From: Catajapyx aquilonaris
Lineage: Eukaryota
Reading direction: 5' to 3'
Assembly: GCA_000934665.2 (NCBI GenBank)
Contig: JYFJ02001466.1
Span: 59,014-79,013 of the forward strand
Length of the DNA: 20,000 bases
The notes under the pieces: generated by a model
What the model saw: only the letters and a program-made list of their open reading frames with translations
What the model was told of the DNA's origin: nothing
Databases searched by the model: none
Shown here: piece by piece, positions 10,201 through 19,843 of the stretch
Layout of the letters: each line of letters starts with the position of its first letter
Position numbering within the stretch: position 1 is the first letter of the stretch
Position numbers and translations under genes: made by a program

Positions 10201-13200
10201 TTTGCGATCTCTTTTTTTTCCTTCTTACTTATCCCTCGGAGGCACGAACCAGCATTTGCAACACTCTGTGGTGTACGAGGCTGGCAAGGCTGTGCACGCA
10301 AAGGCGTGAGAAAATAGGTGCAGGTACTCCCTGACGAGACGACCCTGCCCCATTTCATCTCCGCGTGTCACGGGAGCATCTTTTGAACACGTCTGTACTC
10401 TAGGATGTAACTCAAAATAATAATTAAATGAAATTAATCCAACAACGCACTGGAGGAAGTACCGACCACCTGGAGGGTTCAAAAATGAGGGGGTCGAATT
10501 TTGGTTCTACTGCTAACCACGCTGCTAAGTTAGCAGCAACTAGCCCCACAATTTGGTTCCCATCTGCCTGCCTCTATGCATTTTTTCCTGATCTTATACG
10601 TCTTTCACAACGTATGTCCCCTTGTTCCCGATGAAAATCAATACGGAGGACTCGACGTAAGTCCCAGGGTGATCATTAGGGGTAGTTTTTAATGGGGAAG
10701 GTTTTTAACCCATTTGGACTTGCCTCCAGTCATCCTTGGCCGCAGGGGGCGAAATGGCAGAACAACAGGAACCCCGCATGTAGCATCGATAAATCGATTC
10801 ATTCAAAGTATTTCATAACCCGAGCAACGCCGGGTATCCTGTTTGATACATATAATTTTCTTCCTCAGGTTGGGGTGGTCCATCGGAACGAGACCTTGGA
10901 CATACGTTGCCAGCCTCTCCTTTATTGTCCTCTGCTGTACCCTGGGAGCCCTTAGGTTCAGGAGAGAGACCAGACCAGAGAGACTCTGGGTACCATACGA
11001 CTCACACTTTTACAATGCGTCGGTATGGCTGGTGGACAACTTCCCGTCGCCCATCAGGTTCCAGTATGCTATCGTCGAAGCTGACGATGTCCTGGAGCCC
11101 GAAGTCCTACAACAGGTGAGGGTATACCCTCGTGTGACTAGGTGTAATTTAACTGCAAACGCGATTTTATGATTAGGTGGTCGCTGCACGAAAAACTTAC
11201 GTAAGAAATGACCCTCGGTCCCGCGTTGTTGCGAGATAGTGGACATGAAGATCCCTTGGTTTTTTTGTTGTTGTTTTTTGTCTGAATATTTTTATGGACA
11301 TGCTCCGTCAGGGTGACAGGCCTTAAAACTGTCGTGGGATAGCATGTGCCGATTTCGTGGTCACTAAAGCTGCCCTTCAGAAAACGTGCGATTCAGGAGA
11401 ACTTCTATTGTCGTTCTGGCCGCTGAAATCCAGAAAAATGTACCATTGTCGCATGTTCCGGCATCAACATTTCCGTATAAAACGAAACCCGCAAGAAAGG
11501 CTCTGGCAGATTCTATGAAATGTAACACTATTTAAAAAAATATTCAAGCCAACAAAAGCGAATGTCATTGTGAGATGCCTAAAGTCCTCAACTATGTTGT
11601 CTACTCGAAATCTTCCGATATTCTCCTATATTTCATTGATAAAAAGCTTGTGTTGCATAACGTTTATGATTTCCAAGGTCTAGTTTCGAAAATGCTACTT
11701 TTTGCACCGAAAATGGAGGCAAGATTGCGTGAAGGTTGAAAATGTTTTTGAATGCTAAACAAGGCATCTCATTTCCATGCATGTAAAACCTCGAGGATGC
11801 CAAAAAAAAACACAAAAATTGGCGGAAAAGCACATGTGTACCTACGTGTACAAAGGCGTTTTCTGATTGAAATCAACATCCACGTCAATTCACATTTAAA
11901 TAATTGCACGGAAGTCCTATACGTATTCTATTGCACTTGTGAAATTCACGTCATCATACATCTAGGTACTACTCAATAAATAGATAAAAAAGCATAAGGC
12001 AGCAGGCACTACAGTTTTCAGAAATACTGCGATAGTTATCTAAGCATAAACGCGTTAAAAATTCCAAGTAAGACCTGCATATTACGAGTTTCACCTTGAG
12101 AATCCCACAGCATCTTTAAACGTAAGCAATCTCTAATGAATTTTTCTGTGCAGGTTCTGAAGATGCATCAAAAAGTGGAACAAGTGACAGCTTTCGGAAA
12201 GACGTGGGAAGATCTCTGCTTCAGGTTGGTACAACGCCATTATTAAAAATAGCTCTGTCTATCTTCCCACGTGCTCGACAGCAATAACTCTTGGAAACTT
12301 TGATGTGTATAACACGATCCGTTTTTTTAAAAAAAAACGATATTTCGGGTTGCACCCAAATGAACGTTTTGATTTTGCCTACATTTCGCAATATTTCAAA
12401 TACCTACTGATACACTGTAATCCGCAAAATATTATTACTGATGAGTCTCACATGAAGTATCAATTTTTAATGCCCTTGTAATGCTTTTTGTTGCTAAAAA
12501 GCATCACAAGATATTTATATTCCATTGCGGCTTCCAGAATATAACGTAAGAAATTTTTGATTTTTGAGAAAGATAAATCATTCCTAAATGTGGAAAAAAT
12601 AATAAGTTTCCAATTAACCCTAATAGCCATAATTGTAAGTTGGCATTGATAATATGGAAATTATTAAATTCATTCAACTGTCCAGATTCATTACTTCTGT
12701 CTTCCCCAGAAAGGTAGTACATTAAAATTAATTAATATACTACAGGTTACCAGTGGTGCGGATAGGAGACGGAGCGAATCTCATCAAGGGGTTAAACAGC
12801 ATGCGAATGCCTAGGAGTATCGACGACGATTTAGACTTTGACGACAACGCCTTCGACGACTTTAACCCCTCGAAGTGGATGGGAACAACCACAAAGAGGC
12901 CCAGTACAGGCACCACCAGTGCTGCAACGACCACGAAACCACCGCCTGCTCTGAACCTGACCAGCGAGTTCACGAGCTTTGATCAGGACCTGCAGGAAGG
13001 GGTCCAGTGGGACACGATCGACGACATGAGCGTGGCCGTCCCATTTAATCTGTACTGCTCCATGATGGACGACGTCCAGACGGCCTGCTGGATGCAGAGC
13101 GTCCTGGAGCTCTGGAGGTACAACCCTGACCTGGTGTTCAACCTGACCAAGGAGGACATCCTGGACGCGATCAACACCCCTGGTCTCAGCCCTGTGTACG

Positions 13201-16200
13201 GTACGCCCATAGACTACAGGTTCCTCCTGGGGACACCGACGCGGAACGAGACGGGTCATGTGGTGGCGGCCAAGGCGCTCATGGTCCGGTGGTTCACGGC
13301 TGTCAATCTGACAGCCCTCGAGAGTGCGCAGGATGTCTTGGACACTGGTCTGGGTGACCCGGTTAGTAACCTACACACGCTGCTTCTGGGTCAAGGTCGC
13401 GTATTTTTCCCCCCTTTCAATGGTCTAATAAAGTGAGGAGCTGATTTGCATATGCAGATGCACTATTGTCATTCATCAAAAGTCAAGATCAACTGCTAAA
13501 GAAAGGGATAAAAATCGTGCTATTATTTTCCTGACATTTTAAAACGTTTAGTCAAAAGCTAAGACAATGCAATATAATGATATTTTGACCTTATCATAAA
13601 CTTTTCATTCTTTTGACAGCCACAATTTCTTTGCAAATTTTATTATGGGCTTCAGTTTTTTGTTCCGCCGTTTATCTGCAAGAAGTAGTACTTGAATTCA
13701 ACAGCCTGTATTACAAGTGATACTGTGCTGCAAGTCAATAATGCAGATAAGATAAGACATACCCCTGAAAGATATACTCCTTGCTGAACGAAAGGGCAGC
13801 ATGTATATACTATCCATTTTCATGGACCAGAGTAGTTGATAATTAAATGTCTGCCTGTACAGTGAAGAAGAAAGCAGGCTCAGGGATGTTCCAGCTGGTT
13901 TCTTTGCTGTGCATATGTACATCTAAACCCCAACTACTAACTCCGGTCCATGGAAACAATAATGATAGACAGTACCAAGAGGGTAACCCAGCCTACTAAA
14001 CTGTTATGCATCTCTTTATTTTTTTCAGGCGGACAAAGTCAGCTTGCAGTGGGAAATGGGATTTGTAAATGCAATCTTAGGCTTGAATGTGACGGATGGT
14101 GTAGACATCCATGTACGAGCCTGGCGAAGTTTTGCAGACGTAGGTGGGGAAGGAATAGTGAATGACATCTTCCTCCTCCTACCCGGATACGGGCTCATCC
14201 TTACCTACCTCCTTATAATGCTGTCGGAGTGGAGCTGCAGTGGAATGCGGGTCAGTAATCACTGCTCATCACATAAGAACTATCATCAATATTGTATCCT
14301 TATTGTTTCCAGCCGATATCATCATTCATGGGACTCTTTTCCACATTTGCCTCTTTCTGTGTGAGTGTGGGGATCTGCTCAGTGATTGGGGTGGAGTTCA
14401 CTCCTGTCCACAACATGCTGGGCTTTCTTCTCCTTGGCCTAGGAGTTGATGACATGTTTGTTGTGGCCCAGTGCTGGGTTAATCTCCCTGACCGGTTAAG
14501 TAACAATTCACTTGCAAGCCTTTTTATTTACTTTATTTCTGGCTTATCCATTTCTAACGATCTCACTACTGCAGGGACAAGAGTCGCTCTTTGCCAGAGA
14601 GGATGGCACTCACGATGAAGGATGCCGGAATGGCCATCACTGTTACATCATTCACCGATGCCTTAGCCTTCATCGTTGGAGCCACTACTGTCATGCCAGC
14701 ATTGCGGTCCTTCTGTATATATGCCACAGTGGGAATCTTGAGTGTCTATGTGTTACAGGTATGTAACCCAGCACTTACTCAGCATGAGGTACCGGTACTT
14801 TAAAAGGTCAATATGAGAATATATTAGTGATGAATGAGGAGTTAAACTTCCGTCTACAGCCCTTGTGAAACTAATTCTGCTAAGGGCCTTTGACTTGTAC
14901 CAAATACAGTATAAGCACATCTTCTGGTCCATCCATGGATTAAGTTATTTTCTAGCTACAACTCAAGCGCACTTTTTTTCCCCTCTGCAGGCAACTTTTT
15001 ACCCAGCGTGGTTCATTCTGGAAGAACAGAGGCGTGAATGGTGGGAGAATCGTCAACTGAAGAAGAAGCCGTTACCGACCCCAAAGGAGGTGGAGAGTCA
15101 AAGCACCTTGCCACCTAAGAAGGACGGCTGGTTGGGTCGTTACATACTAGACACCTATGCCAAGTACCTCTTGTCTGTGCCTGGAATGGTCTTGGCCTGC
15201 CTGGCCAGCATCAGCCTTCTGGCTGCTGGTTCAGTAGGACTGGCAAGACTGAAGCAGGAGTTTGATCCCATTTGGTTCCTGCCGCCCGATTCATACCTGA
15301 TGAGATTTGCAGACGCACTCTACTATCACTTTCCCAGCGATGGAGAAGAAGGCTATGTGTTCGTCACAGGTGCCAATTACTCCCTTGACCTGCCAGTGCT
15401 AGACAAACTCATTACAGACATGGAGAACTCTCCATTTGACATACAAGAGGTGGATGACTGGTACACAGACTTCAAGTCCTATGCCAACCAATATTTTGAT
15501 GCTGGTAAGCAAGGAAATCACAAAAAAATAATCCCATGATCTTCTGCATCATATTAATACAGTAGTTGTGTACCAAGAGCTAGGGCAGCACGTCATTTTC
15601 ATATCTATGAAATACCAGAAATTATGCTCTTCAGCTCCACTGCTAAACAATATTATTTTTTCCAGGCATTCCAGAGAGACCCATTACAGAGGATCGTTTC
15701 CGATGGCTCCTAGGACGCTACCTCTTCAGCCAAATAGGAGGTCGCCATCAAAAGGCATTTGAATTTGATGGTGAACTGGAGTGTGGAAAACCTGCCCCAG
15801 CAGTGCTGGCCACTCGCATTCCATTCAGGTTCCAGCGGTTCATGGGTCCAAGTGAGCACGTCCCTGCGATGAGACGCATGAGACAGAAGGTGGCCACCTT
15901 GCCATGGCGCCAACCTGGCGCATGGGCCTTCGTATGGTCCTACCTCTTCTGCGTGTGGGAAGTAGATGAGGTCATTGGCCAGGAGCTTAGCAGGAATCTG
16001 ATCTTGGCCTCAGTGTGCGTGTTGGGTGCCACCCTGTTATTGTTGGCGGATGTCAGAGCCAGTGTGCTTGTGGTCTTGTGTGTTGGACTAGCAGTTACAG
16101 AGGTGACTGGTTTCATGCACTTCTGCGGGCTGACTATAGACAGTGTGTCGTGCATAGGTGTAGTACTGGCAGTCGGCATGTGTGTCGACTATGCAGCTCA

Positions 16201-16663
16201 TGTGGCACATGCGTTTGTGCACTTGGACACTGGCAATGACAGGAGCAAATATGGGAGGGCCAAAGGTGCAGTGAGGCAGATAGGGCCAGCTGTCATACAT
16301 GGTGTTCTTAGCACCTTTTTGGCGATGGTGTGCTTGGTAGCATCCACCTCGCATGTATTCATGACATTCTTCAGGCTCTTCATGATCCTTCTGGCCCTTG
16401 GGCTCTTCCATGGGCTTGTGCTCCTGCCAGTGCTCTTGGCACTTTTGGGTCCCCAACCCCTACAAATTGCAGCAATCAGTTACAAAGCAGAAAATGGTGG
16501 CTCCAGCGTTAAGCTCAAGCAGCTAAATGGGGCAGTGAATGTAAATGTTTCGGCAGAAACAGCAGTGCAGTTACAGGCACTGCTCCAGCCGAAGCAACCT
16601 ATTCCAAATGGGACGGCTAGAGAGGATGAAGCAATGCAGCCTGTCTTATCAAGGCCTTCCTAG
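1189..16663 (+). CDS. Patched domain-containing / Patched-related protein (PTCHD3-like / NPC1-like SSD-RND family), whole spliced gene, 9 coding exons, ~1043 aa
   Basis: Manual splicing of 9 exons gives 3132 nt, in frame, ending TAG at 16661-16663. Hallmarks: N-terminal 'FYRLGWSIGTRPW' + TM1 + 'LWVP'; sterol-sensing domain with TM4 GLGVDD (GxxxDD, 14436-14453) and 'ERMALTMKDAGMAITVTSFTD...PALRSFC'; second half 'FDPIWFLPPDSYL', TM10 GMCVDYAAH (16175+) and 'GLFHGLVLLPVLL'. No NPC1 N-terminal domain. Exact orthologue not assignable without a search. Confidence 0.93.
3021..3362. mobile_element. Non-autonomous DNA transposon (MITE), PIF/Harbinger-like, 342 bp
   Basis: 35-bp terminal inverted repeats GGGGCC(T/G)TCCAGACGGGCCGACCTTAGCCGCGGCC (3021-3055 / 3328-3362, 1 mismatch); flanked by 3-bp direct repeat TAT (3018-3020, 3363-3365); very GC-rich versus flanks; no transposase. 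Superfamily inferred from 3-bp TSD and GGG(G)CC termini. Confidence 0.88.
4332..4373. repeat. Short imperfect tandem repeat GGAGTACCAA x3 plus a partial copy
   Basis: Copies at 4332, 4348 and 4358; degenerate copy at 4368. Confidence 0.7.
10869..11115 (+). CDS. Patched-related gene exon 2 (TM1, ETRPERLWVP...)
   Basis: Acceptor ttttcttcctcag|G; donor CAG|GTGAGG; encodes LGWSIGTRPW-TM1-RFRRETRPERLWVPYDS...DVLEPEVLQQ. Confidence 0.93.
12154..12224 (+). CDS. Patched-related gene exon 3 (VLKMHQKVEQVTAFGKTWEDLCFR); missed by ORF track
   Basis: Acceptor tttttctgtgcag|; donor AG|GTTGGT; 71 nt, phase 0 to phase 2 fits both neighbours; 'TWEDLC' motif typical of Patched-family loop 1. Confidence 0.9.
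12746..13361 (+). CDS. Patched-related gene exon 4 (extracellular loop 1)
   Basis: Acceptor tacag|G; donor CCG|GTTAGT; 616 nt, high GC3; matches ORF 12753..13436 (YC...CW..SVLELW...LTKEDILDAIN...VVAAKA). Confidence 0.92.
14029..14250 (+). CDS. Patched-related gene exon 5 (end of loop 1, TM2)
   Basis: Acceptor ttttttcag|GCG; donor CGG|GTCAGT; 74 codons; 'WE..F', 'RSFAD', TM2 DIFLLLPGYGLILTYLLIML. Confidence 0.92.
14313..14494 (+). CDS. Patched-related gene exon 6 (SSD TM3-TM4, GLGVDD)
   Basis: Follows a 62-nt intron, acceptor tttccag|CCG; donor CG|GTTAAG; encodes FLLLGLGVDDMFVV. Confidence 0.93.
14575..14758 (+). CDS. Patched-related gene exon 7 (SSD TM5-TM6)
   Basis: Acceptor ctgcag|G; donor CAG|GTATGT; ERMALTMKDAGMAITVTSFTDALAFIVGATTVMPALRSFCIYA. 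Confidence 0.93.
14991..15504 (+). CDS. Patched-related gene exon 8 (cytoplasmic linker, TM7, start of loop 2)
   Basis: Acceptor ttttcccctctgcag|GCA; donor G|GTAAGC; LKQEFDPIWFLPPDSYL motif. Confidence 0.93.
15666..16663 (+). CDS. Patched-related gene exon 9 (end of loop 2, TM8-TM12, C-tail)
   Basis: Acceptor ttttttccag|GC; open frame GIPERP...FDGELECGKPAP continuing into ORF 15803..16663 with GMCVDYAAH and GLFHGLVLLPVLL; stop TAG. Confidence 0.94.
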
Positions 16664-17680
16664 TCATGGTTTTGATTAGTTTTGTTTATTTGGGCCACCT
16701 TTGGGACAAGGTTACCAGTGATTGACTCTGATTGTCAAACATTATTGTTCAGTTTGGATTGTTTGAATGAAAATAATTTGTGAACTATTTCAATCACTGT
16801 TGAAAGAATGATGTGATATATTCGTAAGACCAAGCCAGTGATATTGAATGGACAAATGAGTTGCACTAGGCTTGGGGAACAAGATCCTTCCCTTTCCAGT
16901 CTGTTTCATTATGTAATAACCTTATCGATGAAGAGCACAAATGAAAATTCAATGTTACAGGGTCTCTCTCACGAAATACAGCCACCTGAAGTGACACAGC
17001 TGCATCTTCCGTAACAGATACTCAAAACATTTGACCAAGCCTTTTTAGTGCTGGTTGAATAATTAAGTTGTGTTACCTACCCTTTTCACTTGAACAACCC
17101 AAGTGTACAAAGTGGAATTCTGCCTAACGTCTTGACAACAATTAGCTGGGGTCATGCGTACTACTTACCCCAGTTCTCTAGGAGCATCATACTCTACCAT
17201 GGACATGTACATTTGCAACCGGAGAAAGACTCCATCATGTATTTCCCTACCACATTGTCAAAATAAGCGTTAACTTGGGCAGCTTTCCATCGTGTGCAAC
17301 AGCCATGTATTTTCACAACGTCGAACCCACTGTGAAAATATCTGTGCAATGGATCAAACCTTCAAATCATTGTTGTCAATTGCAGCATCTAATATTATTA
17401 CCACAAGTTATTATATGTCATGTGGGAGCTTCCAACAAAGTCTGTGACCAAACCCAAATATTTTTGTATGCCAATTGTGACCAGTGTGATTAAGAGTACG
17501 TCAGCAATGGGATATGTACTGTTATTTTCTTAAAGCAGCATTTTTTTCTGACCGCAGCAGCTTGTATTTGCCAAATCTAATAGGCTGCAAGTATTCCCAC
17601 CCAACTTTTTATATTTACGAACCTTGACTCCCTCTCCTTACAAAAATGCTGCCTTAAGAACAACTCGTTCTCGAGATGAT

Positions 17681-17686
17681 AATAAA
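17681..17686 (+). promoter_or_regulatory. Candidate polyadenylation signal of the Patched-related gene
   Basis: First AATAAA I found on + strand after the stop (about 1 kb 3'UTR); a second lies at 18318-18323. Confidence 0.4.
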
Positions 17687-18024
17687 CATACAGGGATATA
17701 TTGTGACAGTAATCACCTTTTACTACTTAAAATACGATGTACCAGTATATACCAGCAATGAACCAGTCAGAACGGGACCAACTGATCTGGTCCAAATCGC
17801 AGTAATATTTCCACAAACTTGCATCGGCTTAAAGGTGCTTTTATATGTGAGCAATTTGAAGAGCAAAGTCTTCTCCGAGGCTGTGTAACCCACGTAGCCA
17901 ATATTGTTTGAGGCGAAAATCGATTGTAATTTCAGCCTCGGCGTAGATTTCACTCCGCTTCGCTCGTCAAATCACTCGCACGTAAATGCATCATACAAAA
18001 GACAAACTGTTGCTTATTGCTTCA

Positions 18025-18238
18025 CCCTGGTTTTTAAACCCGCAAGACCAGCAAACACCAGCAAAACAGTGCCAAATCCCAGCAGACCAGCATACCAGCA
18101 TGCTGGAACCAGCATACCAGCAATGATAGCTTGAAACCAGCAGAGACCAGCAAACAACCAGCATGCTGGTACCAGCAAAACAGTGCCAATTCCCAGCAGA
18201 CCAGCATACCATCAGCATTGCTGGTTTCAAAACCAGGG
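18025..18238. mobile_element. Non-autonomous DNA transposon (MITE) with CCC termini and 2-bp TSD, EnSpm/CACTA-like, 214 bp
   Basis: 21-bp TIRs CCCTGGTTTT(T/G)AAACC(C/A)GCAA (18025-18045 / 18218-18238, 2 mismatches); CA on both flanks (18023-24, 18239-40); 11 internal ACCAGCA repeats; 41-bp internal direct repeat (18057-18097 / 18171-18211, 1 mismatch). Confidence 0.82.
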
Positions 18239-18792
18239 CACTTGCCTACCTGTAATGTTACAGAAAAGAAGCTTTGTCCAGAAACAATAACGAATCAGCT
18301 GAACACTTACATCACCAAATAAAGCAGCATACGCACCTCATACATATTTCCAAAGGCCTTCGAGATGTGGCATTCAGCATTCGGGGTGTCGTCATGGCTG
18401 CAACACACTTCAAACCATTGCACTACAGCAGGTACTTGTGACTTGCACTTCTGATGAAGTGGTGCACATCCGCTCTATGTTGGGCTATTATTTACACAAT
18501 GCACGATTTTTTTGACAGACTACATACGACACAATCAGGCATCACTGCAGAGGCTGGGTTTGGTTTTTCTGTTTTTCTCATTGGAGAACTAAAGGGCCTA
18601 TACACTCTACAAGTCTACAGACTTATTCCTCTCAACCTCTATAAAGTTTACAACTAGGAGTCAGCCAAGAATCTCCTTGAGGTCAGCAATGTGATCCACC
18701 GCGTTATTCCCGCGCCATTTTGAGGAGAAAAAAAAATCGGCACACCAATCAGCAATCAGTATTTCTTCAATTCTCAATCCCTGCAGCTCACA

Positions 18793-18804
18793 GCCATCTA
18801 GTGG
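18793..18804 (-). promoter_or_regulatory. CTCF-consensus motif (CCACTAGATGGC) between convergent genes
   Basis: Plus-strand GCCATCTAGTGG is the reverse complement of CCACTAGATGGC, matching the CTCF core CCACYAGRKGGC. Confidence 0.45.
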
Positions 18805-19244
18805 TAATTGAAAGTAACAACAATCCAAAATATTTCATTTGATGCTTTTTTTAAAAAAAAGCATTTCAAAGAGTACCAGTACTGTAACGCAAGTCAGCAT
18901 CTTAAAATTGTAAGAGGCCAGTTTGATATTGCACCAGTCACTTAAAATAATTGGTGCCTGCTTATCATCTGCAGTACTGTACCGCACTACACCACTATGG
19001 ACAGTACCGGTACTCACTAATTACTAGTAATTTACCAGCTACTTACTGCTAGTAAGGGATGGAGGTAGAGAAGAAACAACACTTACATAATAATTGTGCA
19101 TATTAACATTTGCGAAATGCGTATTATTAAATCACACTGGGTCCAGAACAATGGTTTTACACACAAACAAGTCTCACAAGCAGCAAATTGTCCATTATTT
19201 CAGCCGCAAAACAACATTCCCTGCAGCACACTTGACCTGACAGC

Positions 19245-19436
19245 TCAAGCTGCCTTACCTTGCCCTTGAACTATAGCATGGATTATAGGAGACCTCACTA
19301 CTGATGACACGTTTGAATCAGCATGTGCAGCAGGGGTCAGATTCTCAGAAACATGATGTAGTGTGTTGTTGGCTGGCAAAATGTCAGACTCTGTGTCCTC
19401 CCGATAAGACTTGGCAGGGACATGGAAAAAGTAGAG
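19245..19436 (-). CDS. YIPF1: YIPF1/2-like terminal coding exon (LYFFHVPAKSY...GQGKAA*)
   Basis: Acceptor tttcttttctag|CTC; completes the conserved '..G(F/C)..YFF' end of the Yip1 domain; 64 codons to TGA at 19247-19245. Confidence 0.82.
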   Translation of the reverse strand, partial: LYFFHVPAKSYREDTESDILPANNTLHHVSENLTPAAHADSNVSSVVRSPIIHAIVQGQGKAA

Positions 19437-19599
19437 CTAGAAAAGAAATATCACGAGTCATGAATGCTAATTTGCACTGAAAAATAAAATGGATCCCACA
19501 TTCTACAGCTCAAAATGTGAGCTTTGACGTACATGGCACACATCAATTATACATAACATGCCACTTGGAAGTGTTTTTATTCATAAGTCCACAACTCAC

Positions 19600-19782
19600 C
19601 ATGAAACCAGTAGCAAGCAGAAGATGAAGGAAGAGCACAAGGGCAATCACACCCATGGACAGCCGCTTCTCCTCCCGACTCAGTGCAGGCCAAATAGTGC
19701 TCACTAATACAAATCCAGACATCACTGCAGCTGCGATGACCAAGGCCCATTGAATCCAAGCCACTTGGATCACCCACAAAAT
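19600..19782 (-). CDS. YIPF1: Yip1-domain family protein (YIPF1/YIPF2-like), internal exon with the last TM helices; 5' part of gene lies beyond the window
   Basis: Minus-strand acceptor tattacag|ATT, donor ATG|GTGAGT, 61 codons: ILWVIQVAWIQWALVIAAAVMSGFVLVSTIWPALSREEKRLSMGVIALVLFLHLLLATGFM. This resembles the YIPF1/2 C-terminal 'LW.I....W.LV......SG..L....WP...LH.LL..G' pattern. Confidence 0.88.
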
Positions 19783-19843
19783 CTGTAATATGGACTTGTT
19801 AACCGTTGACTTTTTTTTTATTTTATTATGTACCCCGTTGTGG

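Noticed and set aside
5200..10600. Many 60-130 aa ORFs in intron 1 as a possible nested gene or retroelement
   Set aside because: No recognisable domain (RT, integrase, transposase), no codon bias, and no consistent exon chain on either strand that I could assemble.
11309..11530. CAGGGTGACA...TGTAACACTA possible decayed hAT MITE
   Set aside because: Only 7/10 terminal match and no target-site duplication.
12740..13259. Minus-strand ORFs (77, 142 and 75 aa) over exon 4
   Set aside because: Antisense shadows of a high-GC3 coding exon.
15710..16456. Several minus-strand or off-frame ORFs over exon 9
   Set aside because: Shadows of the real + strand reading frame; no recognisable domains.
17904..18322. 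Repetitive ORFs / CRISPR-like periodicity
   Set aside because: Translation of ACCAGCA repeats in a TIR element; no unique spacers, no cas genes, and a eukaryotic context.
18930..19005. Minus-strand TCCATAGTGGTGTAGTGCGGTA resembling a tRNA 5' end / Pol III A box
   Set aside because: No B box (GTTCRA) or cloverleaf downstream.
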